Positions 17,932 through 27,088 of a stretch of DNA of 32,000 nt are shown here, piece after piece (positions within the stretch are counted from its first letter, which is position 1; each line of letters opens with the position of its first letter). Made by a program: the position numbers and the translations under genes. Location: positions 1,982,180-2,014,179 of the forward strand of contig NZ_LT963434.1 of NCBI RefSeq assembly GCF_900199515.1, given 5' to 3'. This stretch comes from Massilicoli timonensis. Its GTDB lineage: Bacteria > Bacillota_I > Bacilli_A > Erysipelotrichales > Erysipelotrichaceae. The notes under the pieces are model-generated. The model saw only the letters and a program-made list of their open reading frames with translations. It searched no databases and was not told the DNA's origin.

Positions 17932-19581
17932 ATGAAAAAAAGAGTTCCATTAGGTCAAAAAAGTTATGAAAAACTAAAAACCGGAAATTATTATGTAGTC
18001 GATAAATCTTTGATGATTAAGGACTACTTGGATAAAGGAAATGAAGTCACTTTAATCACTCGACCAAGACGATTTGGAAAGACCATCAATATGTCCATGA
18101 TGGCAGAGTTCTTTGATATTACAAAGGATTCAAAAGAACTTTTTAGGGATACCAAAATCATGAAAACAGAATGTGCTTCTGAGATGAATCAGTACCCAAC
18201 CATTTTTCTTTCTTTTGCGGATGTTAAGGGTAATAAACAAATGATGATTAACAACATTCAGCAGATTCTTGCGGAACTGTATCAGAAAAACAATGATGTA
18301 TTCAAAGATTTAGATGAATATGATTTACCTTTTTTTGAAAACATTAAAAGAAATTTTTCTATGCCTGATAAAACAGATTTGAATGGTCTGGATAATGCAC
18401 TATCTTTTTTAATGAAGCAAATGGAAAGATACTATAGGAAAAAAGTTATGATATTTATCGACGAATATGATACGCCGTTCATTGAAGCCCATATTAATGG
18501 ATTCTATAATGAGATTAGAGAAAATCTATCCTCTATGCTTCATCAAGCCTTAAAATCATCGAACAGCTTACAGTATGCAATGCTGACAGGAATTCAAAGA
18601 GTAGCGAAAGAAAATCTATTCAGTGATCTGAATAATCTTGTGGTATGTACCGTTGCCGATGAAAACTATTCTCAGTATTTTGGATTTACAGAATCGGAAG
18701 TCAGTGAACTGCTGGAATATTATGATTTGGAATTAAATGATACTGTCAAGATAATGTATAATGGCTATCATTTTGGAAATACGCAGATCTATAATCCATG
18801 GTCAGTTTTAAACTATGCTGCAACTGGTAAAGATAATCCATATTGGCTATATACCAGCAGCAATAAAATGATCAGAGAGGCTATGAGAATCAGAAACCAA
18901 TCTTTTGACAGAGATTATGAAAAGCTAGTTCAGACTGGATATTTAGAGACAACCATGTATCTGGAAACAAGTTTTTTTGAAATCAGTGAAATAGAGAACT
19001 TATGGGGACTGTTTGTCAATGCAGGATATTTGACGATTGAAAAAACAGTGGATAGGCAAAATAACCTCTATGTTTTAAAGATTCCAAATCAGGAAGTTCA
19101 GCAGGAATTTAGGAACCTTACTGCCTACTATTTAGATGTAAAGGAAACAGATTTCAATGGGTTATTCAATGCCTTAAGGCTTGAAAAGAAAGAAGACTTT
19201 AAAGACAGATATCAAAACATGCTGTTAATATTACCATCATATCATGACCTAAAGGATGAAAACAGCTATCATGTTCTGTTTCTAGGCATGTGTGCATGGC
19301 TAAAGAATGATTATAAAATCATCAGCAATCGTGAAGAGGGAAAAGGCAGATGCGATATCATACTTCAGGCGAAAGATGAAAACAAGACATCCTTCGTGCT
19401 TGAATTTAAGTACATTGGTTCAGACAGCGAAGCCAGTCAGGAAAAATTGCAGACAGCTGCAAAACAGGCAGTTGAACAGATCAGAGAGAGACAATATGAT
19501 ATCGAAATAGATGGAAAAGTTGTTTATATCGGGCTTGCACATCATGGCAAGGATGCAGCAATAGAGTGGCAGGAAAAGTGA
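17932..19581 (+). CDS. AAA-ATPase-like domain plus C-terminal PD-(D/E)XK nuclease domain protein (DUF1703/PDDEXK_9-type family)
   Basis: Family-typical N-terminus MKKRVPLGQKSYEKLKTGNYYVVDKSLMIKDYLD..VTLITRPRRFGKTINMSMM (P-loop). Walker B is KVMIFIDEYDTP. C-terminal nuclease core is GRCDIILQAKDENKTSFVLEFKY (D ... E-x-K). Confidence 0.88.
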   Translation: MKKRVPLGQKSYEKLKTGNYYVVDKSLMIKDYLDKGNEVTLITRPRRFGKTINMSMMAEFFDITKDSKELFRDTKIMKTECASEMNQYPTIFLSFADVKGNKQMMINNIQQILAELYQKNNDVFKDLDEYDLPFFENIKRNFSMPDKTDLNGLDNALSFLMKQMERYYRKKVMIFIDEYDTPFIEAHINGFYNEIRENLSSMLHQALKSSNSLQYAMLTGIQRVAKENLFSDLNNLVVCTVADENYSQYFGFTESEVSELLEYYDLELNDTVKIMYNGYHFGNTQIYNPWSVLNYAATGKDNPYWLYTSSNKMIREAMRIRNQSFDRDYEKLVQTGYLETTMYLETSFFEISEIENLWGLFVNAGYLTIEKTVDRQNNLYVLKIPNQEVQQEFRNLTAYYLDVKETDFNGLFNALRLEKKEDFKDRYQNMLLILPSYHDLKDENSYHVLFLGMCAWLKNDYKIISNREEGKGRCDIILQAKDENKTSFVLEFKYIGSDSEASQEKLQTAAKQAVEQIRERQYDIEIDGKVVYIGLAHHGKDAAIEWQEK

Positions 19582-19594
19582 ATTGAATGAACAT

Positions 19595-19628
19595 GAAACA
19601 GGGAGCAATCTCTGTTTTTATTTTCTTC
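19595..19628 (+). terminator. rho-independent terminator after the AAA/PD-(D/E)XK gene
   Basis: GAAACAGGGA-gcaa-TCTCTGTTT (one G-U pair) followed by a T-rich TTATTTTC. Confidence 0.65.
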
Positions 19629-19632
19629 GATG

Positions 19633-19673
19633 TTGAGATAGAAGAATTAAAAAGGTGAAATGATTTTACCTTT
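19633..19673 (+). promoter_or_regulatory. possible promoter with overlapping inverted repeat (operator candidate) for the XRE-RHH gene
   Basis: TTGAGA (19633-19638), a 17-nt spacer, then TGAAAT (19656-19661). The inverted repeat AAAGGT (19651-19656) / ACCTTT (19668-19673) spans the -10. Confidence 0.3.
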
Positions 19674-19684
19674 AAATTTAAGGA

Positions 19685-20290
19685 TTGGAGGAAAAGATCA
19701 AAGAGGAAACTTTTAAAATTGGAGATGTAATCCATGCACTTAGAACCAGAAACAAACTGAAACAGGAAGAACTTGCAATCATGACCGGACTTCCCAGATC
19801 AGTTATTTCTGCACATGAAACAGGACGCAGAACACCGACGAAATATCATATTCAAAAATACAATGAAGCCTTTGGATATGATATTACGGAATTTGCTCCT
19901 TTGGAAAAGAAGATGCCAATGACATCCAGATCCATTCGATTGCCTGAACAGTTATACTCTGAAATTAAAAGGGAAGCAGAAAAAAATGAAATGGATGTTT
20001 CCCAATACATTCGCATGATTCTGGAAAAAGGAATCCATGAAGAGTATATAACCAAATCAATGGATACAATCATTGTGATGATACAGGAAGCAGTTAGTCG
20101 AGCCATGAAAAAAGATATACAGCATAATCGTGAAATTCCAATTCAGATGCTTGAATGCATTTATATGGTCAAATATCTCATGAGAGAATCCTTGCATCTA
20201 AGCAGCATTGAAATTGATACATTAGTTGAAGACATCAGACACATGGCTAGGGAAGATTTTTATAGAAGAAAAGGAAAGGGTGATTCATGA
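19685..20290 (+). CDS. XRE-family helix-turn-helix protein fused to a ribbon-helix-helix (CopG/Arc-like) module
   Basis: HTH: IGDVIHALRTRNKLKQEELAIMTGLPRSVISAHETGRRTP. RHH: RSIRLPEQLYSEIKREAEKNEMDVSQYIRMILEKG. The start is uncertain: TTG 19685 has no spacer after AAGGA, while GGAGG at 19687-19691 precedes an in-frame ATC at 19697. Confidence 0.8.
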   Translation: MEEKIKEETFKIGDVIHALRTRNKLKQEELAIMTGLPRSVISAHETGRRTPTKYHIQKYNEAFGYDITEFAPLEKKMPMTSRSIRLPEQLYSEIKREAEKNEMDVSQYIRMILEKGIHEEYITKSMDTIIVMIQEAVSRAMKKDIQHNREIPIQMLECIYMVKYLMRESLHLSSIEIDTLVEDIRHMAREDFYRRKGKGDS

Positions 20291-20336
20291 AACAATATAA
20301 GTTTCAAAGCGAAGAAATAGAAAGTGGTGTGGATAT

Positions 20337-21287
20337 ATGAAAGTTCTGATAGTAGAGCCAGACAAGCTTCCATACCTTAAGGATATCAGGCAGGATTTAA
20401 GCACATATAGAGAAATAGTGGGCGGAAGTATTCAATGTACCTATCCATTTGAGGATATGGTTGGACTTGTATGCAATGATGAAGGAAAACTGGAAGGTCT
20501 TCCTTTGAATCGAGCACTTAGAACACGTGATGGAAATATCTATGATATTGTAGCTGGAACGTTTTTTATCTGTGGCTTATCAGAAGAGGATTTTACTGAT
20601 CTCAGTGATTATCAGGCAGCAAAATTCTATGAAAGATTTAAGAGCCCTGAAGTTCATTTTTATGGTCTGAATGGTCTGGAGACAAAAAAATATATGAAAA
20701 GAAATATTGAAAAAGAACTGTTTGAACCGGGTAAAAATGAAACTGTTGATTCAATTCTGGAACGAAGCGGTTTTAAACTATTGAATTCCAAGCCTGTACA
20801 TGAATGCACTGAAGCCGAAGAAAAGATTCACAATAAAGAAATAATTGGAATGCTGGAAAAATTATCTGATATTTCAGAATTTGAAAAATCAGTTATCGCA
20901 AAGATAGAGCGATATGATATCGCCAAGCGTCATGAAACAAGCTATTTTGCTTTTGCTGATGTTCATGCCATGCAGGATTTTATTATGAATCAGTATGATA
21001 TAAAAAATGGCATGGACATTGGAATCAGTCCAGATGGCGGACTGGCTATGGCAGCTTATGGCTCTGGATATGAAATCAATCATCATTATGATTTGATCAA
21101 GCACCGTATGACATTTCATCCGCTTGATTTTACCGTAGATGATTCTATAGGATTTTCGGACTGGCTTGTATATGAGAATACACAGAAAATAGACATAGAA
21201 CACGAACTACAGGAAATCGGCAGTCGTGCAAGAGAAACAGTTCAGCGCAGTTCAAAAAACAAAGCTAAAGAAGAAAGAAGCCGTTAG
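20337..21287 (+). CDS. DUF3846 domain protein with a C-terminal extension of unknown function
   Basis: N-terminus MKVLIVEPDKLPYLKDI...REIVGGSIQCTYPFEDMVGLVCNDEGKLEGLPLNRAL...YDIVAGTFFICG matches the DUF3846 pattern common in clostridial conjugative elements. Confidence 0.8.
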   Translation: MKVLIVEPDKLPYLKDIRQDLSTYREIVGGSIQCTYPFEDMVGLVCNDEGKLEGLPLNRALRTRDGNIYDIVAGTFFICGLSEEDFTDLSDYQAAKFYERFKSPEVHFYGLNGLETKKYMKRNIEKELFEPGKNETVDSILERSGFKLLNSKPVHECTEAEEKIHNKEIIGMLEKLSDISEFEKSVIAKIERYDIAKRHETSYFAFADVHAMQDFIMNQYDIKNGMDIGISPDGGLAMAAYGSGYEINHHYDLIKHRMTFHPLDFTVDDSIGFSDWLVYENTQKIDIEHELQEIGSRARETVQRSSKNKAKEERSR

Positions 21288-21299
21288 CGAGGTGCCTTA

Positions 21300-22559
21300 A
21301 TGAGTACCTTGTTTTTTAATACAAAATATAAGAAGATTTCCGGAATTACAGATTTTGATAAATGCATTGGATATTATGACCGTGATGATCGTGCCGATAA
21401 GAACCAGCTTTCAATGATGAAAGATGATGAAGCAAATGATATGTTCTCATATTATTTCTATCGTAAAGGAAGCAGCGGATGTTTTGATTTTCAGGGTGAT
21501 AAATCCTATGAAGATATCATGGAGGAATATCAGAATCATAAGCCGACATATATCTGGCAGAGTGTCATTTCCTTTACTAAAGAAGATGCTGCTGATTTTG
21601 GATTGAAGGATAAACGTGATTTTGCTGCACTGACAAGGAAAGTGGTTGTGAAGATGGCACAGGAGAAAAATATTCCATTGAAGGATGTCGCATGGGGTGG
21701 ATTCTATCATGTCAATACAGATCATCCTCATGTGCATTTCTACTTTTATGATAAAAGAAATCCGATTGACAATACACTTTTTTCTTCAAGAAGCATCAGC
21801 AGGATACGAGCTGCCATTGCCAGAGAAGCTGTTGACAGAAGTCTGCTGCTGAAAGGAAAGGAAGATGCTTCCAGACAGGTGCTTCTTCATATGAGAGAAA
21901 TCATCAATGATGACAAGCTTTTAAAAGAGCTTCAGTCATATCGAACGCTCAGGACAATAGAAGTGCAGAGATATGTAAATCCAAAATTTCATCTGACAAA
22001 GGAATTCTTTGACCAGTTTCAGAAACTGAATGAAATGCTGCCAACAACTGGACGACTGTCTTATAATGCCCATGCTTTGGAACCATATCTGAATGAAATT
22101 GACCATATGATTGAAATCATGCTGAAGCAAAAGGGACTAGCTGATGATTATCGTACTTACAGCAATATGCTGAAGGAAGTCTACCACTCCAATGAAGAAC
22201 TATATGGCAGCGGAGAACGACAATTGCAGTATCTAGATGATCAGAAGAAAAGATTATATGCCAGTCTGGGAAATTCCATACTGAAAATGCTGAAAGTATA
22301 TCGTCAGAGTGTCAGTGAACAGCCTATTATGCGATTTTCAAGGTTTCTGGCTGCAAAAGATATACGCAGGGAAACCAAAAAACTTGTGAGATGTCATGGA
22401 TATGATCTGATGCGTTTTTCTTTCTACTCTATGAAACATGAACTGTCGCAGCTTCGTCAGATGCAGCGAATTCGAGAGAGAAACCAGAGAATGATGATAA
22501 GAGAAACGGAAAAGGAACGTGAGGAGAGAGAATATGAAGAGGAACATAGAAATACATGA
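21300..22559 (+). CDS. conjugative relaxase, MOBP-like (RP4 TraI-type histidine motif)
   Basis: His motif HVNTDHPHVHFYFY (21708-21737) aligns with my recollection of RP4 TraI HTDTDNLHIH. N-terminal tyrosines Y25/Y26 (CIGYYDRDD) are catalytic-Tyr candidates. SD GAGGTG precedes the ATG. Located between DUF3846 and VirD4. Confidence 0.85.
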   Translation: MSTLFFNTKYKKISGITDFDKCIGYYDRDDRADKNQLSMMKDDEANDMFSYYFYRKGSSGCFDFQGDKSYEDIMEEYQNHKPTYIWQSVISFTKEDAADFGLKDKRDFAALTRKVVVKMAQEKNIPLKDVAWGGFYHVNTDHPHVHFYFYDKRNPIDNTLFSSRSISRIRAAIAREAVDRSLLLKGKEDASRQVLLHMREIINDDKLLKELQSYRTLRTIEVQRYVNPKFHLTKEFFDQFQKLNEMLPTTGRLSYNAHALEPYLNEIDHMIEIMLKQKGLADDYRTYSNMLKEVYHSNEELYGSGERQLQYLDDQKKRLYASLGNSILKMLKVYRQSVSEQPIMRFSRFLAAKDIRRETKKLVRCHGYDLMRFSFYSMKHELSQLRQMQRIRERNQRMMIRETEKEREEREYEEEHRNT

Positions 22560-22944
22560 TGTCCGATACATGATGACCTTAAAAGATATGCGAAGGAATA
22601 TCTGTTTTCGTGTATATGATTACTTTGGTCTGGATTGTCTGGAAATGATAAATAACAGACTGATGCACAGTGAATATAATCTTGACAGTACGTTTCTCTC
22701 TTATCTGAATGACCCATCCATCCGCATTGTATCTATGAGGATGGAGTGCATTGATGTACTGATGTTCAATCTTCTGCTTGAAATCAAATCAGGAATGATT
22801 ACACCTGATTTCATTGGCTATAACAGCAGAGGAATTGCTAAGCTTCTTTCATACTGTGGGAGACATCGTGAAACCAGAAGAAAAAAACTGAATCGTTATG
22901 TTATCCATTATCTTAATCATAGGATGCCAAAAAGAGGAGGATAA
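22534..22944 (+). CDS. hypothetical protein
   Basis: The track starts at GTG 22519, but the ATG at 22534 follows SD GAGGAGAGAG. Overlaps the relaxase 3' end by 26 nt. No motif recognised. Confidence 0.6.
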   Translation: MKRNIEIHDVRYMMTLKDMRRNICFRVYDYFGLDCLEMINNRLMHSEYNLDSTFLSYLNDPSIRIVSMRMECIDVLMFNLLLEIKSGMITPDFIGYNSRGIAKLLSYCGRHRETRRKKLNRYVIHYLNHRMPKRGG

Positions 22945-24366
22945 ATGAAATTGAGAAAGATAGAAGAAAACAGGATGTATATCGATCTGATTCATGGTCG
23001 TAAATTCAATAAAGGTCAGCGTGAATCCATCAGAAATGCTATTGCATCCGGACTAAATATGACGGTGCTAAAACAGCTTGTTTCAGAAAATTACAGCAGT
23101 CAGCATATAAATGAATTTGTACGTTTTTTTAAGAATGCTACATATAAGGATAACAAAACTCTGTATGCAATGTTTCGTAATCCTGATACGGAAATCGCAG
23201 TTCTGGATGAAATCAACAAGGGTCTTGAAGATGGAATGGATGAATCACGCATACTCCTGTACGCTCAGCCTAAGGTATATAGAGCGGATCAGATGGAAGA
23301 ACTTCGACTTTTTCTGAAACAGAATTCCTACACTGACGAATACTATGGCTATATATTCGATAGGGAAAAGTCGGCTGAATCAATGAAGGCTATACGCAGT
23401 GCCTGCATGATGGAGATTCCTTTTGAAGAAATCAGCTCTTTTGACTGTTATTCAAAGCTTTATCCAGCAATGATACATGCACTGACAGAAGGAATTCTTC
23501 CACAAGAAGTTCATATGATACTTGAAGTAACAGATGAGCCAAATGAATTCAATACTATCGTCAAAGGTATTTCTTTGGGATTAGATGATGAAGAAATCAA
23601 AGCGTTTCTGATGCCTGACATGAAGCATCTGGAATTTCATCTAGATCTGATGGGCGAAGTCCATGATACTGGTTTTGTGAAAAAGGTAGCGAATATCAGT
23701 GAGCTTGACAGAAGAGAACTTGTAGAAGGATTTGAAAGTGAAAAAAACTTTGAAGACTATCTGCTGCATCTTTATGGATTTTCAAAAATGGATAAGGATG
23801 AACAGATTGATGTTTTTTTGAGCGAAGCAGGAAAAATAAAAGAGAGCCGTCTTCTAGAATCAGGTTATCTGGAATCGTATATTGATGGTGCACTTCGTGA
23901 TGAGAAACGATTAAGAAAACTGGCATTGAATGGATATCTGTTAGAAGCTGTTTCTGAAGCATACCATATAGATCAGTTTCATCTTGATAGAGTTTCATTT
24001 CATCAAATTCTGGAGGACGTCTGCATGGAAAAATATGCAACATTGATTTCACAGAGAGAAACAATGACCTATTTTTTGAATCATTCCTTTAATATTCTGG
24101 AACTGATGAATGAGAATCTGCAAACCATCACGAAAGGCGATGGAATTTTGACTTTTGATATAAATGAGAACTTTAAGGTATTTCTTAAGGAGTACAAGGA
24201 CTTTTATGACATTGAGAAAGTTGCAGTAATGTATGGGAAGGATAATGGACAGATATGTGAATTATCAGCTTCTCAGCTGGAGAAGATGGCAAAGGAATCC
24301 AGAAAAATCCGACTTGATAGGGATGCTGAAATATCAAACAGATTGAAGGAAGGACGTGGAATTTGA
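22945..24366 (+). CDS. hypothetical protein with N-terminal helical repeats related to ORF 1263..1931
   Basis: SD GAGGAGG precedes the start. Repeats: NKGQRESIRNAIASGLNMTVLKQL, DTEIAVLDEINKGLEDGMDESRILLYA, RADQMEELRLFLKQN, EFNTIVKGISLGLDDEEIKAFL. Confidence 0.7.
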   Translation: MKLRKIEENRMYIDLIHGRKFNKGQRESIRNAIASGLNMTVLKQLVSENYSSQHINEFVRFFKNATYKDNKTLYAMFRNPDTEIAVLDEINKGLEDGMDESRILLYAQPKVYRADQMEELRLFLKQNSYTDEYYGYIFDREKSAESMKAIRSACMMEIPFEEISSFDCYSKLYPAMIHALTEGILPQEVHMILEVTDEPNEFNTIVKGISLGLDDEEIKAFLMPDMKHLEFHLDLMGEVHDTGFVKKVANISELDRRELVEGFESEKNFEDYLLHLYGFSKMDKDEQIDVFLSEAGKIKESRLLESGYLESYIDGALRDEKRLRKLALNGYLLEAVSEAYHIDQFHLDRVSFHQILEDVCMEKYATLISQRETMTYFLNHSFNILELMNENLQTITKGDGILTFDINENFKVFLKEYKDFYDIEKVAVMYGKDNGQICELSASQLEKMAKESRKIRLDRDAEISNRLKEGRGI

Positions 24367-26510
24367 AAAGATATGCTGGAACAGCATTATCGCTAGCTGT
24401 ACTGCTTTTATTCATTGGACCTATGGTAACGGTATATCTTTTTGACTGTTTTACTTTTTCCATACATCCATTCTATGATTATCTGAATCCGTTATATCTG
24501 TATGTCAAATTATTTTCAGAAACAAAATATCTAGTTGTATGTTTTTGTCTGGATGCAATGATCTTTATGCTGATGACCAGAAGACTAGGCTTTTTGCAGA
24601 ACAGGGATGAGCATGGAAGTGCCAAATGGGCATCTGATCATGAAATCAGCAGAATATTCAATAAGAGATCGCTTTATCGTCTGGGGATGCGAGGCGGAAA
24701 GAAAAGTCCGGGAGGTATGGTTGTAAAGAAGGTTGGACAGACAATTTGGTATGAAATGCAGTGTATTCATTCCATCATCATCGGAACGACGTCATCGGGA
24801 AAGACAAGAAAGACTCTTATTCCATCAATCATGATAGCTTCGCAGGCAGTTTCCAGTGAAGTAAAGGTGCTAAGAATTAAAGTGCTTTCCAGTCGAAAAT
24901 ATGCAAAGCATCTCGAAAGGATGCAATTCATTGAAACGTTCAGGATTGGAAACCTTGATGTTCTGTATTGTCTGATGCAGTGGAAACAGAGAAAACTAAA
25001 GAAGTTATATAAGATTTTTCATCTGGTCTATCCTAAGAAAATCGTAATTGAAAAAGGGAAGCAGATAGATCTGAACAGCTATTTTGACATACGAGATCTT
25101 GAGGATATTAACGTCAGATATTCCTTCGATGGAAATGCTCAGCTGATGGATGAAAGCATTTTGTGCTGTTCATCAGAAGGAAAGATAAGAGTCAGATTAA
25201 AGCTCGATATCAACAAGGAGTCATTCTTTGTCAATGACCCTAAAAAGGAATTATACAAGATGATGAGAAACTATCTGGTAAAGCAGGGATATGATGTCTA
25301 TCTGCTCGACCTCAGAAAACAGTGGACCGGTGATCAGTGGAACCCAATGACTTCAGTTGTTCGATGCCTAAAGGAAAATAAAACTGATGAGGCAGATATG
25401 TATGCGAAAGATATCGCAGCAGCACTCTGCCCGGAGTCTAAAATGTCAGAAAAATTATGGACAGATGGAGAGAGAGCAATTATTACAGCACTTATACTTG
25501 CAGTTGCAGGTGCAGACTGTGATGACAGCCAGAAGAATTTATATACTTGCTATCAGATTCTGAACACATTAGGACAGCCGGATGAAGATGATCATGTAGC
25601 GTTAAATGATTTCTTCAATAATCTTCCGGTGGGCAATGTTGCAAGGACAGCTTTTGGACCGGCAGCATTAGCTACGGACAGAACTCGAATGAGCTTTTAT
25701 GTATCAGCTTCAGCTACTCTTGGTATGTTTTCATCCTCACTGGTTGCTAAACAGACCTCACGCTCCTCATTTGACATTACAAAGTTTTCTTCCAGACCGA
25801 CTGCTATCTTCTTGATTAATCCTGATGAGAAATCAAGCATGGATTCATTGGCACGACTTTTTATAGATGAAATCTATCGTGTGCTGTCATTTGAAGCCAA
25901 TAAAACAGGTGGAAGGCTTCCTAGAAAATTTCATTATTTCTGGGACGAAACAGCTTCAACCGGGAAGCTGAATGACCTTCCCAAGAAGCTTTCCATCTCT
26001 CGTGGACGAAATCAGCAGTGGCATCTTTACCTTCAGGATTTCGGGCAGCTGGAAGAAATTTATGGCAAAGAGGTAACACAGACAATCAAAGCAAACTGCA
26101 ATCTTATGATTTATATTTCTACTCAGAATCTTGAAACAGCTAAGGAAATTTCAGATAAGATTGGGAGCAGGACGATTGAAACGGAAAGTGTGAGTGAGCA
26201 GACCGGAGAGTCGGTATTCATCATGCCGCATGGAAATGTCAGCCGTTCCCTTATGGCGAGACCGCTTCTAAATGCCAATGAACTGATGAAGCTGGAGGAT
26301 GGAAAAGCTGTCGTTATACGCATGCGCATGAATCCTATGCTGACAACACTGCCGGATTGCAGTGAGTATGATTTCTATGATCTTTTGGATTATTATCTGG
26401 AAGAACCGGAAAGACATGATGAAGCACTTATACCATATATTCCTGATATCAAGAATGAATTTGAAATTCCTAAACCGCTGCTGAACATGAGAATGAATAA
26501 AAAGATATAG
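24363..26510 (+). CDS. virD4: VirD4/TraG-family type IV coupling protein with an atypical insertion after the P-loop
   Basis: TTG start overlaps the upstream TGA. Two N-terminal helices. Walker A is IIIGTTSSGKTRK (about 24783-24809). FFVNDPKKELY is the DPKGE-type strand, and Walker B is HYFWDETAS. RGRNQQWHLYLQDFGQLEEIYG is typical of this family. Confidence 0.92.
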   Translation: MKRYAGTALSLAVLLLFIGPMVTVYLFDCFTFSIHPFYDYLNPLYLYVKLFSETKYLVVCFCLDAMIFMLMTRRLGFLQNRDEHGSAKWASDHEISRIFNKRSLYRLGMRGGKKSPGGMVVKKVGQTIWYEMQCIHSIIIGTTSSGKTRKTLIPSIMIASQAVSSEVKVLRIKVLSSRKYAKHLERMQFIETFRIGNLDVLYCLMQWKQRKLKKLYKIFHLVYPKKIVIEKGKQIDLNSYFDIRDLEDINVRYSFDGNAQLMDESILCCSSEGKIRVRLKLDINKESFFVNDPKKELYKMMRNYLVKQGYDVYLLDLRKQWTGDQWNPMTSVVRCLKENKTDEADMYAKDIAAALCPESKMSEKLWTDGERAIITALILAVAGADCDDSQKNLYTCYQILNTLGQPDEDDHVALNDFFNNLPVGNVARTAFGPAALATDRTRMSFYVSASATLGMFSSSLVAKQTSRSSFDITKFSSRPTAIFLINPDEKSSMDSLARLFIDEIYRVLSFEANKTGGRLPRKFHYFWDETASTGKLNDLPKKLSISRGRNQQWHLYLQDFGQLEEIYGKEVTQTIKANCNLMIYISTQNLETAKEISDKIGSRTIETESVSEQTGESVFIMPHGNVSRSLMARPLLNANELMKLEDGKAVVIRMRMNPMLTTLPDCSEYDFYDLLDYYLEEPERHDEALIPYIPDIKNEFEIPKPLLNMRMNKKI

Positions 26511-26524
26511 GAAGGTGATGCAAA

Positions 26525-27088
26525 ATGGATAATGGTAAATTCAATAAGATAAATACCCTGCTTGAGAAAAAAAGACTGATTGTTGATACAATCCTGCCTG
26601 ACGGTAACATCTTTCAGGTTTATGGCAGAAACGTTCCTCTTGAACTGGGAAAAGATGAAATCCTTATAATCAAAAGAGGAATGGATCAAAGAGAAACACT
26701 TGTTTATCAGGGATTATATACAAAAGAAATGAAAAGAGTACTTGATGAAATGCTTACAATTGGCGGCATAACAGGTATAGATAAATATGGTGAACCGATT
26801 TATGAACGAGGAACAACTGAGCAGGGTTTTGTCTATAAGAATATGTGGGCATATCTGAATCATTCTGATGAAGTCTGCTATATTCCCGAATTGAGTGATG
26901 ACCCGTATTGTTATCGTGACTTTATGAATATCTGCGGGTATGAAAAGGTTGCAGATGAGGTGTTTGGCACTGTGGACTGGCAGAGCCCGGAAGCCTATTT
27001 TAATGAACTGCAGGAAGATGAGGATTATTATAATCATTTGATAAAGGATAGCAGGAAGGAGAAAACTGTGGATGAAAGAAGCAGATAG
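26525..27088 (+). CDS. hypothetical protein
   Basis: SD GGAAGGTGA precedes the start. 187 aa. Shares GFVYKNM (26825-26845) with the first ORF of the window. Acidic C-terminus. Confidence 0.65.
   Translation: MDNGKFNKINTLLEKKRLIVDTILPDGNIFQVYGRNVPLELGKDEILIIKRGMDQRETLVYQGLYTKEMKRVLDEMLTIGGITGIDKYGEPIYERGTTEQGFVYKNMWAYLNHSDEVCYIPELSDDPYCYRDFMNICGYEKVADEVFGTVDWQSPEAYFNELQEDEDYYNHLIKDSRKEKTVDERSR

Noticed and set aside
24838-25220. The VirD4 insertion as an intein or an intervening mobile element.
   Set aside because: There are no intein splice-junction residues or blocks (no terminal His-Asn, no endonuclease motifs), and no intron-like RNA structure. The segment is in frame and reads as ordinary protein, so I treat it as an inserted domain.
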